The translations under genes were made by a program, and so were the position numbers. DNA of 64,000 bases, from assembly GCA_963765205.1 (NCBI GenBank), contig CAVXVB010000009.1:352001-416000 (forward strand). Direction: 5' to 3'. Source of the stretch: an uncultured Verrucomicrobiae bacterium (GTDB lineage Bacteria; Verrucomicrobiota; Verrucomicrobiia; Opitutales; JABDGR01). The notes beneath the pieces were generated by a model that saw only the letters and a program-made list of their open reading frames with translations, had not been told where the DNA came from and made no database searches. Shown here one piece after another: positions 48,099 to 57,886 of the stretch; position 1 is the stretch's first letter; every line of letters starts with the position of its first letter.

Positions 48099-48992
48099 AT
48101 GCGCACAATGATCCATATCGGTTTGCTAACGGCGCTCTTCGCGGGCACCTACGTGGCGATGCGCAAAATTCCCGCCAGCAACTGCAATTTCCTGCATTAC
48201 GAACAGACGGTCGTGACGGCCGATGGGAACCAATACTGCGGTTCGGGCGCGGCTTATTTTGTGGATTTGCAAAAGCTGCCGTTTCCCGTCGCGGTCAAGC
48301 TCACGGCCGATCAGGCGCCCGAGCCGGGCGTCGCGGCGAATTACACGCTGCAGCTCCAGACGAGCTACGGTGAGACGCTGCGGCCCTCGGAGCTGGCGGT
48401 GACGCAGACGCAGAAGCTGCACTTGTTGGTGGTGGACGCCAGCCTCGAAGACTACCAGCACATCCACCCCGTGCCGGATGGCGATTCGGGCGATTGGACG
48501 TTTTCCTTCACGCCGAAACGGCCCGGCCCCTACCACGTTTACGCGCAGTTCATCCCGACGCTCTCGCTGCGCGAGATGATTGGCGAGACGCAGATTGCCG
48601 TGCCGGGCAACTCGAGGCCGGCCGTGCCCCGTGGCCTCGCGCCGTTCAAGGACGGTGATTATGTTTTTAACCTGAACGCGTCGGAGGAACCCTTCGAAGT
48701 CGGCACGAGCGAGACGCTGACGTTGTCCGTGCAGCGCGGGGACGGCGGCCCGGTGCAGTTGCAACCAGTGATGGGCACGCTGGCGCATTTGGTGGCGTTC
48801 GACCCGACACGCGACGGCGTGGCGCACCTGCATCCGACGCTCACCGGCCAGGAAACCGACCCGACGCGTCCCACCTTGTCCTTTGTCATCAACTTCACGG
48901 AAACCGGCCACTACCGCATCTGGGCCCAGGTGAAACTGGATGGTGTCGAACGCTACGTGCCGTTTGATATTGACGTGGCGCAGGCGAGTTAG
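48099..48992 (+). CDS. Exported putative metal-binding protein
   Basis: Duplicated domain: KLHLLVV...QHIHP and AHLVAF...AHLHP. Confidence 0.75.
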   Translation: MRTMIHIGLLTALFAGTYVAMRKIPASNCNFLHYEQTVVTADGNQYCGSGAAYFVDLQKLPFPVAVKLTADQAPEPGVAANYTLQLQTSYGETLRPSELAVTQTQKLHLLVVDASLEDYQHIHPVPDGDSGDWTFSFTPKRPGPYHVYAQFIPTLSLREMIGETQIAVPGNSRPAVPRGLAPFKDGDYVFNLNASEEPFEVGTSETLTLSVQRGDGGPVQLQPVMGTLAHLVAFDPTRDGVAHLHPTLTGQETDPTRPTLSFVINFTETGHYRIWAQVKLDGVERYVPFDIDVAQAS

Positions 48993-49154
48993 ATGGTTTG
49001 CAACCTTTTAAGCTGGGGCGAGAATAGACAGGGTTGTCTTTAGGTAATGGACTGTACCCCTCCCCCCTCCCCTATAAACACTAGACAACTCTGTCTAGTG
49101 GTGCAGGAAGCAAAGGCGGCGCGTGGGTGTTGGTTAATTCGTCGCAGGATAGGC

Positions 49155-50183
49155 TAGAGCATTTTCGATTTAGATAGACGCATATTGGGCATGACCAAAG
49201 AAGCCTTGGCAATGGGTGGAGGTGAAGGAGGCGAGGGCTGGAACCAAAGCGGTTTGGAGGTCCGTGAGGGTTCGTGCGGCGGCTTGCCGAAGATGGGCTT
49301 TGAGTTTGGCGAAGGCCTGTTCGATGGGGTTGAGATCGGGGCTATACGGCGGCAGATAGCGCACGCGGGCGCCGCGGGCGGCCAGCACCGCGGCGACGCT
49401 GGCCGTTTTGTGGGTGGCGAGGTTGTCGAGGATCACGGTGTCGCCCTCCCGCAATTCCGGGCCGAGCACTTGTTGGAGGTAGGCGGTGAACACGTCGGTG
49501 TCCACTGCGCCTTCGATCAGAAAAGGCGCAGTCACGGCGTCCACGCGCAACGCGGCGATAAAGGTGGAAGTGTGCCAGTGCCCGTGGGGCACGCGCCCGA
49601 GGCAACGCTGGCTGCGCGGGGCCCGCCCATACAGCCGCGCCATCTTGGTGTTCAAGCCGGTCTCGTCGATGAAGACCAACCGTCGGCTGTCCCAGCTGGG
49701 CTGATCCTGGCGCCACTGGTGCCGGGCCGCTTTAACGTCGGGTCGATCTTGCTCGGCGGCGCGCGTCGTTTTTTTTATAGCTCAAGCCCAGCCGCTCCAG
49801 CCGGTGCCACAGCGCGTTGAGGCCCAGCCGCACGCCGAGTTGCTCGCGGCAGCGCGTTTGCAGTTGCGCCAGCGTCAGGTCGGGCTGCGCCGCGATCCAC
49901 GCCCGCACCTTGCGCTCATGCTCCGCCAGCCGGGAGCGGCGGCAGCCGCCGATTTGTTTCGGCCGGCAGTGGCCCCGGCGGCGGTATTGGTTCCAGAAGC
50001 GTTCGGCGCTGCTGCGGCTGACCCCAAAACGGCGGCAGACCTCGCCCGTGCCTTCCCCGGCTTCGCGCGCCCGCACGATGCGCTGGCGCAAATCTTCCGA
50101 GAGTGGTTTCATGGTGGTGGCCTCCTTTTCCACCATTATACACCGCTTTCAGCAATACGTCTATTTAAATCGAAAATGCTCTA
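49155..50183 (-). mobile_element. IS630-family insertion sequence, intact
   Basis: 24-bp terminal IRs GAGCATTTTCGATTTA(G/A)ATAGACG at 49157-49180 and 50158-50181; TA duplication on both sides. Confidence 0.96.
49170..50112 (-). CDS. IS630 transposase (HTH orfA + DDE orfB joined by a frameshift at A8, 49769-49776)
   Basis: SEDLRQRIV...SYKK / VFIDET...DNLATH...LPPYSPDLNPIE. Confidence 0.94.
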
Positions 50184-50618
50184 TTCATCTGGTTCCCAAC
50201 ATAGGCGCAAATCCTCTAGGAAATCGTCTAGGGAGGCGTGATTGTTGATGAGCACATGGGTATCAAGTCTGGGACGGTTATAAAACCTAGCTAGGTTTGT
50301 GATATGTGCGACCGACAATAGCCATGCCGTATTCCCGCCATCTGTTGCCGGCGGTATAAATTTTCTAAGGACATTCTGCATCCGTGCTATAGGATTAGGA
50401 TGATCCGGCTTTTGCCAAGGACGCTCGCCAAGGGCGAATGTACAGAGGCAACATTGCCAAACTGCTACACCAAGCATTAAGTTATCTTTAACCGCGTCTG
50501 TGCGCTTTCCGATTAAATATCTTGCCGCGAATTCGTCGCATTCGATCTCGATATTTTTTGGCGTCTTACCTTTGGAGTCAAAAATAATATGTCCTAATTC
50601 GTGAAGCACTGTTGGCAA
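50181..50618 (-). pseudogene. 5'-truncated HExxH metallopeptidase (Lit/peptidase U49-like)
   Basis: LHELGH...EIECDEFA...DHP...RM; AT-rich; HELGH is only 4 residues from the ORF start. Confidence 0.6.
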
Positions 50619-50956
50619 TAGGCGCGCAGTTGCCTTTTGGCGGTGTCCCTAGTAAGCCATGCCTGATAACCAGCAAAAAACACCAGGGCAACCGTCAAGA
50701 CGGCAATGGGGTCAGTTACGGCCTTGTTCCAGAGAATAGAGACCCATCCTTTGGCGGCCTGGTTGTTTGCGCCGTCTGTATCGCTATCTGCTTTTGGCTG
50801 TCCTTCATTGGTTATGACTTGCTGAACGACAAGAGAAGAATCCTGGGCTACTTCGTCTTGTTTCTGGCCTTGGCTTTTGACGTTTTTGGCGTCTGTGGTT
50901 TCCGCTGGGGATGGTTTTAAGTCCACTATTTGCGCCTGCGCCACACTACCCGCCAT
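50615..50956 (-). pseudogene. 3'-truncated membrane-anchored hypothetical gene
   Basis: TM followed by TRDTAKRQLRAY, then an abrupt junction with the peptidase remnant. Confidence 0.45.
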
Positions 50957-51000
50957 TCCTGCGACACGTTCTACCGATTAGCCGCGCCCTCTATCGCCCC

Positions 51001-51045
51001 CAACCCATCAAACCCATCCAACCGATCCAACGCAGCCAACGCATC
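51001..51045. repeat. Five degenerate 9-bp tandem units (CAACCCATC-like)
   Basis: caacccatc aaacccatc caaccgatc caacgcagc caacgcatc. Confidence 0.75.
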
Positions 51046-51287
51046 GTTGGACAAGTGGCCCGGTTTCGATTATACTCCGCGCCATGAATCCGCACCCCCC
51101 CCAGCCCGAGCGATGCCCAACGGCTCTGCCCCTCGGCACTGTTCTGGGCAGCCTGAGCGAAGGCGAAGGCCCCCCAAAAAAGACCAAATCCGACCTCGAT
51201 TAACAGGGGGGGGCCCACGACTCTTAACGTCTTTCTCCTACCTCCTACATTCCCCCCCTCTTCCCCCCTCCGTCTCCCTCACCCCCA

Positions 51288-53027
51288 TCACTGCATCGGC
51301 AACGTCCCCGGCGGCAGCGGCACCCGCAGCAAATCATCCTCCTCCGGCAGCAACTCCGCCGGGTGGATGGCCCGCTCGATCTGGTTCGCCCGGTCCAGTT
51401 GCCCATTCGCCCGCAGCAACCCCTCGTAGACCGCGTTCCAATCATTCCTCTGGTCATGCGCATAAGGCAGCGGCCAGGTGCTCTGCGCCACGTCCCCCAA
51501 CGCCCCCAGCGCGTCCCCCGGTTTCCCCGCCTTGAGCAACCCCAGCGCCAGCGTGATGCGAAACGACAGATAATCCGGGTTTTTGGCCTGGAGGTCCCGC
51601 GCCGCGACAATCTTGTCCGGCCCCGTCTCCCCAAGCAAAAAACCGATGTAGAGCAAGTCATTCTGCACCACCGCGTCGTCGGGATAAAACCGCGCCATGT
51701 CTTCGAGCGTCTGCCGCAGCGCCTTGGTGTCGTGCGCGCGGTGTTCGAGCATGACGAGATCGTTGAAGGCGGAGCGCCGCAACTCGGGATTGCCCGTCAA
51801 CTGGACTAACGCCGGCCGCGCGACCTCATCGAGCCCGCTCTTCACCGCGTATTCGGCGACGTCGAAGAGCTTCCTCGGTTGGTCGGCGACGTTGTTGAGA
51901 ATGGTCTTCCACGCCAGGTCGGCGTCCTTGGTGTCGCCCAGCGCCGTCAGCACGCGGGCCATAAAAAGCTGCTGCAGGTCGTTCGAGATGGGGAGCTTCG
52001 GCTGCTCGAGCAACGTCTGCAACGAGTTCCATTGGCCGAGGCCCGCCATCGCACCCGCGCGAATCAGGAACAGGTCCTGGCGCTTCATCGCCGTCTCCCC
52101 GTCCACGAGTTCGAGCACCGCCTCATTGCGATTCTGGCTGATGAGCCACCCGCCCACCGCGGCCAGCGCGTCGTCATCATTACCCGGGAACAAGTCGCGT
52201 GCGTCCTTGATCAGGCTGTTCTCGTCGGCGTTGGGCAGAAAGCTGCGCAACTTCAAGGCCATCAGCTTGTCGTCGCGCGTGGCCAGCGGGTGCTGCTGGA
52301 GCAAGTCGGCTAGTGGCGCGATGCCGTCCGGCGGCAGCGCCTGGGCGTTGGCGGCGAGGGCGCGCAAAGCCTGCAACCCCAAGTCGTCCGTGCGGTGGGC
52401 CAGCGCCTGCAAATGGTCCAGCCCTGCGGCGCGTTCCAGCGGGTCGCCGGACAGCTCGGCGGCGCGGGCGTAGTCGAGGTGCGCCTCCGGCGGCGCCTGG
52501 CCGGCGGCCAGCACTTTTTTGAAGTCGGCCAGCGCCTCGGGAATCTGGTTTTGCGACAGGCGGATTTTACCCTCGAGATACCAGGTGGCCGTGTTGTTCG
52601 GGTCGGCCTTTTGCAATTCGGCGAAATACTCGAGCGCGGCGGGAAAGTTCTGGGTGCCAATGGCAATCTCCACCACCTGGCGCAAATCGGCCAGGTCGTG
52701 CGAAACTTTCCAGACCCCGATCCAATAAGGCAGCGAGTCGGCCGGGCTGCCGATGAGCAGCACCCGGGCCTCCTGGCGCAGCATCCGCACGTCGTCCGGC
52801 CACAGCCGCAGCGCCGCGCCGGCCTTTTCCTGGGCGGTCGCGTAGTCCTTGGCTTGCAATGCCTGCTCCGACGCCTGCACCAGTTGCAGCGCGCGCCAAT
52901 GTTTGAACGCGTGGTAGGCCGGGCGGGCCGCCACGGCGCCGGCCGCCAGCAGCACCGCCAGCACCGTCAGGATGATATACCGTCGCTTGCGTGGGTTGGG
53001 CTCGTCGTAGTCCACGCGCCCCAGCAT
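51288..53027 (-). CDS. Membrane-anchored TPR protein
   Basis: N-terminal TM, then helical TPR-like repeats. Confidence 0.85.
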   Translation of the reverse strand: MLGRVDYDEPNPRKRRYIILTVLAVLLAAGAVAARPAYHAFKHWRALQLVQASEQALQAKDYATAQEKAGAALRLWPDDVRMLRQEARVLLIGSPADSLPYWIGVWKVSHDLADLRQVVEIAIGTQNFPAALEYFAELQKADPNNTATWYLEGKIRLSQNQIPEALADFKKVLAAGQAPPEAHLDYARAAELSGDPLERAAGLDHLQALAHRTDDLGLQALRALAANAQALPPDGIAPLADLLQQHPLATRDDKLMALKLRSFLPNADENSLIKDARDLFPGNDDDALAAVGGWLISQNRNEAVLELVDGETAMKRQDLFLIRAGAMAGLGQWNSLQTLLEQPKLPISNDLQQLFMARVLTALGDTKDADLAWKTILNNVADQPRKLFDVAEYAVKSGLDEVARPALVQLTGNPELRRSAFNDLVMLEHRAHDTKALRQTLEDMARFYPDDAVVQNDLLYIGFLLGETGPDKIVAARDLQAKNPDYLSFRITLALGLLKAGKPGDALGALGDVAQSTWPLPYAHDQRNDWNAVYEGLLRANGQLDRANQIERAIHPAELLPEEDDLLRVPLPPGTLPMQ

Positions 53028-53128
53028 GACGCCCCCTCGCGCCCAACGCCATGCTATTTCGCGCCGCGGGCCGCCGCCGCACCGCGCTTGCGCTTGACCC
53101 CGGGCGCAAAAAACTCTAGGGTTCAACC

Positions 53129-53356
53129 ATGAAAATGACCAAGTCTACCCCCCTGTTGCTGCTCCTCGGAATGCTGCTGGCCGGCTGCTCGAGCACCGAT
53201 GCCAACGGCGTGAACATCACCCACGGCTCCATCTTCGATTTTTTGTGGACCGCGCCCGCCCCCGTCCCAGCCTCGCCGCTGGCGCCCGCGAATCCGGCCC
53301 CCACCCCGCAAGTTCCGGCCAACGCGCCGGTCGCGCAGCCCTTGGCGTCTAATTGA
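53129..53356 (+). CDS. Small lipoprotein
   Basis: LLAGC lipobox; Pro/Ala-rich tail. Confidence 0.75.
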   Translation: MKMTKSTPLLLLLGMLLAGCSSTDANGVNITHGSIFDFLWTAPAPVPASPLAPANPAPTPQVPANAPVAQPLASN

Positions 53357-53403
53357 AGGCAAATCGTTCAATCGTCCCGCCGCCCGCTATACCAAAACCA
53401 GCC

Positions 53404-53991
53404 TTATACTATTTTGCAGGCTTCGTCGAAGCCCAGGCGCGGAGCGCGGGGATGGAGTTTTGCCGGGTCGCCGTGGCCGAGGTTGCACAGGAAATTGGAC
53501 TTCACCGTCGTCCCGGCAAAGAACGCCGCGTCCACTTGGGCGTTGTCGAAGCCCGACATCGGGCCGCAATCGAGGCCCACCGCGCGCGCCGCCAGCATGA
53601 AATACCCGCCTTGCAGCGAGCTGTTGCGCAGCGCGATGTATTCCAAAACACTTTCCGGCAGGTCCTGGAACCACGCTTTCGCGTCCACGAACGGGAACAG
53701 CTTCGGCAACTGGTCGAAGAAATGAATGTCCATCCCGATGACGGCGGTGGCGGGCGCGGCCATCGTCTTGTCCACGTTGCCGGCGTGGAGGCAGGGCTTG
53801 AGTTTTTCCTTGGCTGCCTTCGATTTCACAAACACGACGCGCATGGGGCACATATTGGCCGAAGTCGGGCCGAGTTTGGCGAGTTCATAGGCCTGGTGCA
53901 GCAGCGCGTCGTCCACCGGTCGGCTTTGCCAGGCGGCGTGCGTGCGGGCGTTGCGGAAAATCAGATCGAGGGAGGAGTTGTCGGCGGGCAT
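53404..53991 (-). CDS. rutE: Malonic semialdehyde reductase (RutE/YcdI nitroreductase)
   Basis: FRNARTH, GPTSAN..P.R, RNSSLQG, GLDCGPMSGFD. Confidence 0.92.
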   Translation of the reverse strand: MPADNSSLDLIFRNARTHAAWQSRPVDDALLHQAYELAKLGPTSANMCPMRVVFVKSKAAKEKLKPCLHAGNVDKTMAAPATAVIGMDIHFFDQLPKLFPFVDAKAWFQDLPESVLEYIALRNSSLQGGYFMLAARAVGLDCGPMSGFDNAQVDAAFFAGTTVKSNFLCNLGHGDPAKLHPRAPRLGFDEACKIV

Positions 53992-53995
53992 AAAG

Positions 53996-54155
53996 AAATT
54001 AGTTTTGGGTTTCGAGTTTCGGGTTTCGAGTTAAAGCGACCAAGGCTCGCGATGAAAACACCCACAAGCTTAACCAACAGTCGTCCGATTGGAAACCTAA
54101 AAAAGTCAATTCCAGGCTAATTCGAAACTCGAAACCCGAAACTCGAAACTAAATT
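53996..54155. repeat. Inverted heptamer arrays (RGTTTCG)n / (CGAAACY)n around an ~86-bp spacer
   Basis: Arms at 53996-54032 and 54119-54155. Confidence 0.9.
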
Positions 54156-55021
54156 TAGTCAAACACGACCGTCTTGTTGCTGTGGACGAGGATGCGGTTC
54201 TCCAGGTGCCAGCGCACGGCCTGGGCGAGGACGACTTTTTCCAGATCGCGCCCGCGCCGGTGCAGGTCGTCCACGTTGTTGCGGTGGGAGACGTGGCTCA
54301 CGTCCTGCGCGATGATGGGGCCTTCGTCGAGCACGGGTGTGACGTAGTGCGCCGTCGCGCCGATGAGCTTGACGCCCCGCGCGTGGGCCTGGTGGTAGGG
54401 CTTCGCCCCGGCGAAGGCGGGCAGGAAGCTGTGGTGGATGTTGATGATCGGAAAATCGCGCGCGGCCAGAAACGCCGGGCTTAAAATCTGCATGTAGCGC
54501 GCGAGCACCGCGAGGCCGACGCCGTGTTCGCGCAGGATTTTCAACTGCTGCTTTTCGACCGCGGCCTTCGTCTTGGGCGTGATCGGCGTGAGGAAGAACG
54601 GCAGGCCGTAGGTCTTCGCGCTGTCGGCCAGGTCGGGATGGTTGGCGATGACGCAGGCCAGCTCGCCGCGCATTTCGCCGGCGCGAAACCGCAGGATCAA
54701 GTCGTGGAAGCAATGGCCCGCCTTCGAGGCGAACACGGCCACGCGCGGCCGCGCGCTCGACGGCACGACCATCGCCGTCATGCCAAGTTTTTTCGCGGCG
54801 TAAGTTTGGAATTCGGCCGCCTCGGCGGCGGGGTCGGCGGACGCGGCGGGCAGCCATTCGATGCGCTGGAAAAAGATATTCGCGTCATCGTCGCAATGCT
54901 GGTCGGCATGGAGGATGTTGCCCCCGCGCTCGAAAATCCAGTTGGCCGTGCGCGCGACCAACCCGGGCCGGTCCGGGCCGGACAATAGCGCGGTGAGGCG
55001 AATGGGATGTTCTGCGGGCAT
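54155..55021 (-). CDS. purU: Formyltetrahydrofolate deformylase
   Basis: ACT domain, LARYMQILS, INIHHSFLPAF.GAKPYHQA, LDEGPII. Confidence 0.96.
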   Translation of the reverse strand: MPAEHPIRLTALLSGPDRPGLVARTANWIFERGGNILHADQHCDDDANIFFQRIEWLPAASADPAAEAAEFQTYAAKKLGMTAMVVPSSARPRVAVFASKAGHCFHDLILRFRAGEMRGELACVIANHPDLADSAKTYGLPFFLTPITPKTKAAVEKQQLKILREHGVGLAVLARYMQILSPAFLAARDFPIINIHHSFLPAFAGAKPYHQAHARGVKLIGATAHYVTPVLDEGPIIAQDVSHVSHRNNVDDLHRRGRDLEKVVLAQAVRWHLENRILVHSNKTVVFD

Positions 55022-55128
55022 AAGCATGAGGTAGGGCGGCGAAGGCCATTTGGCAAGCCCGCATCGCCGGAGGGGTGGGGCGCGTTTTTACTTTCTCCCT
55101 CGTTTATTTTGCTGTATATTAACCCTTT

Positions 55129-57153
55129 ATGCCTGCTCCCGAAGAGTTGGGGTTTCTGCGCGTGGCGGTGGCCGCGCCGGAATTGCGCGTGGCCGACGTG
55201 GCGTTCAACGCCCGGGCCACGGCGGCCGCAATGCGCGCGCTGGTGGCCGAAGGCGTGCGCCTGGCGGTGTTTCCCGAACTGGGGCTGACGGGCTACACCT
55301 GCGCAGATTTGTTCTACCAGCCCACGCTGCGTCTCGCGGCCGCGCGGGCCGCGCGCGAACTGGCCGCGACCGCGCACGAGCTGGGTCTGATTACCGTGGT
55401 CGGCCTGCCGGTCGAGGCGGCGGGTCGCCTTTATAATTGCGCGGCGGTGCTGGCCGAGGGGCGCGTGTGGGGTCTCGCGCCGAAGAGCCACCTGCCCAAT
55501 TCCGGCGAGTATTACGAGCGCCGCTGGTTTTCGCCCGCGGCCACACTCGACACCGACCAGGCGGATGTCGCCGGGCAATGGGCGTGGATTTCGTCGCGGC
55601 ACATTTTGGGCGTGCGCGGGCCGCAGCCGTTCGCGCTGGGCGTGGAAATTTGCGAGGACTTGTGGGCGGTCGAGCCGCCGAGCGGGAAACTGGCGCTGGC
55701 GGGCGCGACGGTGCTCGTCAATTTGTCTGCGAGCAACGAGTTGCTGGGCAAGGCGGACTACCGGCGCGAGTTGGTGAAGCAGCAATCCGCGCGCTGCCTG
55801 GCGGCGTATTTATATGCTGCGGCGGGGCCGGGCGAATCGAGCACCGACCTGGTTTTTTCCGGCCATGGCCTCATCGCCGAGAACGGCGTCGTGCTGGCGG
55901 AGGCGGAGCGTTTTTCGTTCGCCGCGCGCGCGGCCATCGCGGATTTGGATTTGGGGCGCCTCACGATTGAGCGCCTCAAGAACAGCACGTTCGCGGGGAT
56001 GCGCCCGGCGGCCGACCAAAACATCGGCGAGGCGTGGATCGAGTTGCCGTCTGCGCCGGCGCTCGGGAAAAAATCGTCCGCGAAATTGCGCCGGCCCAAC
56101 CCGCCGCGGCCCTTCGTGCCCGCCGACGCGGTGCAACGCGCGGCCCATTGCGAGGAAATTTTCCAAATCCAATCCACTGGCCTGGCGACGCGGCTGCGCC
56201 ACACCGGCGCGCGCTCGGTGACCATCGGCTTGTCGGGCGGCCTGGATTCGACGCTGGCGCTGCTCGTTACGGCGCGCGCGTTCGACAAACTCGGCCTCGA
56301 CCGCCGCGGCATTCTGGCCGTCACCATGCCCGGCCCGGGCACGACGACGCGCACGCGCGGCAACGCGGAAAAACTCGCCGGCCTGCTCGGCGTGAAGTTG
56401 CGTGTCGTGCCCATCGCCAAAGCCGTCCACCAGCATTTTGCCGACATCGGGCATGATGCCGCAAAACACGATACCACCTACGAAAATGCGCAGGCGCGCG
56501 AACGCACGCAGATTTTGATGGACCTGGCGAACGAACACGGCGGCTTCGTCGTGGGCACGGGCGACTTGTCCGAGTTCGCGCTCGGCTGGTGTACGTTCAA
56601 CGGCGACCAGATGTCCATGTATCATGTCAACGCCGGCGTGCCGAAGACGCTGGTGCGGCATTTGATCGAGTGGTGCGCGGACAGCGTGTTCGAAGGCGCG
56701 GCCGCCGCCGTCTTGCGCGACGTGGCGGAGACGCCGGTGTCGGCTGAATTGCTGCCGACGGGCCGGCACGGCGAATTGCGCCAGAAGACCGAAGACACCA
56801 TCGGGCCGTATGACCTGCACGACTTTTTCCTGTTCCACACCGTGCGCGCACCGTCGCGCCCGGCCAAGGTGCTGTTGCTCGCGGAGCAGGCGTGGGCCGG
56901 CGTTTACTCCCGCGCTTTCATCGCGCGCTGGCTGGAAGTTTTCTACCGGCGCTTTTTTGCCAACCAGTTCAAGCGCTCGGCGATGCCCGACGGGCCGAAG
57001 GTCGGCTCGGTCGCGCTCTCCCCGCGCGGCGACTGGCGCATGCCCAGCGACGCCCGGCCCGACGCGTGGCTCGCCGAACTCGCCGCGGCGGTGGGAGGAA
57101 AAGAATCTTTTAACCACAAAAAACGCAAAGGACGCAAAAAACAGAATTCCTGA
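55129..57153 (+). CDS. nadE: Glutamine-dependent NAD+ synthetase
   Basis: [33 protein letters not shown]. Confidence 0.96.
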   Translation: MPAPEELGFLRVAVAAPELRVADVAFNARATAAAMRALVAEGVRLAVFPELGLTGYTCADLFYQPTLRLAAARAARELAATAHELGLITVVGLPVEAAGRLYNCAAVLAEGRVWGLAPKSHLPNSGEYYERRWFSPAATLDTDQADVAGQWAWISSRHILGVRGPQPFALGVEICEDLWAVEPPSGKLALAGATVLVNLSASNELLGKADYRRELVKQQSARCLAAYLYAAAGPGESSTDLVFSGHGLIAENGVVLAEAERFSFAARAAIADLDLGRLTIERLKNSTFAGMRPAADQNIGEAWIELPSAPALGKKSSAKLRRPNPPRPFVPADAVQRAAHCEEIFQIQSTGLATRLRHTGARSVTIGLSGGLDSTLALLVTARAFDKLGLDRRGILAVTMPGPGTTTRTRGNAEKLAGLLGVKLRVVPIAKAVHQHFADIGHDAAKHDTTYENAQARERTQILMDLANEHGGFVVGTGDLSEFALGWCTFNGDQMSMYHVNAGVPKTLVRHLIEWCADSVFEGAAAAVLRDVAETPVSAELLPTGRHGELRQKTEDTIGPYDLHDFFLFHTVRAPSRPAKVLLLAEQAWAGVYSRAFIARWLEVFYRRFFANQFKRSAMPDGPKVGSVALSPRGDWRMPSDARPDAWLAELAAAVGGKESFNHKKRKGRKKQNS

Positions 57154-57182
57154 TTTTGTGTCTTCTGCGTTTTTGTGGTTAA
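57110..57182. repeat. Palindromic miniature repeat overlapping the nadE 3' end
   Basis: TTAACCACAAAAAACGCAAAGGACGCAAAA / TTTTGTGTCTTCTGCGTTTTTGTGGTTAA. Confidence 0.85.
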
Positions 57183-57191
57183 TTTTTATCT

Positions 57192-57737
57192 ATGGCTCAC
57201 GCGGCCTTGTTTTTGGATCGGGATGGCACGCTCATCCGCCATGTGCATTATTTGCACGACCCGGCGGGGGTGGAGTTGTTGCCGGGCGTCGCGGCGGCGC
57301 TGGCGCGCGCGCGGGCGCTCGGTTATTTGCTCTTCCTGCACACGAACCAGTCCGGGGTGGGGCGGGGGATGTTCTTCCTGGAGCAGGCGCAGGCTTGCAA
57401 CCAGCGCATGATTGAATTGCTCGGGCTGGGTGCGGACGTGTTTGCAGGTATTTGCGTCGCGCCCGAAGCGCCGGGGCAGCCGGTGGCCTACCGCAAACCG
57501 TCACCGCGTTTTGCGCGGGAGATGGCGGCGCAGCACGGCCTCGATCTCGCGCGCTGCTGGATGGTGGGCGACTATCCCGCCGACGTGGAGGCGGCCTTCG
57601 CGGCGGGGATGCGGGCTGCGGCGCTGGCCGGCGGCCCCATCGGCGCGGAACAAATCGCTGCCTGGCGCAAGGCCGGCCGCGAGGTGATAATATATCCTTC
57701 GCTGGGCAATTTTGTGGATACTCTGAGCCAAGCCTGA
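57192..57737 (+). CDS. gmhB: HAD-IIIA phosphatase, D,D-heptose-1,7-bisphosphate phosphatase-like
   Basis: FLDRDGTL, TNQSGVGRG, RKPSP, MVGD. Confidence 0.85.
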   Translation: MAHAALFLDRDGTLIRHVHYLHDPAGVELLPGVAAALARARALGYLLFLHTNQSGVGRGMFFLEQAQACNQRMIELLGLGADVFAGICVAPEAPGQPVAYRKPSPRFAREMAAQHGLDLARCWMVGDYPADVEAAFAAGMRAAALAGGPIGAEQIAAWRKAGREVIIYPSLGNFVDTLSQA

Positions 57738-57816
57738 GTTGTGTCCTTCCTAAACTTAGGGTGTCGAAATCAACGTTAGGGGTCAAAAAAAGCGGGATTA
57801 CCCTTCAAACCCCGAT

Positions 57817-57840
57817 TTTGTTCATTTTTTCTTGAACAAA
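57817..57840. promoter_or_regulatory. Palindromic operator upstream of the second GbsR-family gene
   Basis: TTTGTTCA-N8-TGAACAAA. Confidence 0.7.
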
Positions 57841-57886
57841 CGGGGAACCCATGCCATGTTGAGGGTGTTTTAACCCCCTTTCGCCC

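Noticed and set aside
50930..51280. tRNA or integration target at the island edge
   Set aside because: No cloverleaf or T-loop consensus found; only low-complexity and short repeats
55810..57117. 435-aa minus-strand ORF
   Set aside because: Antisense shadow of nadE
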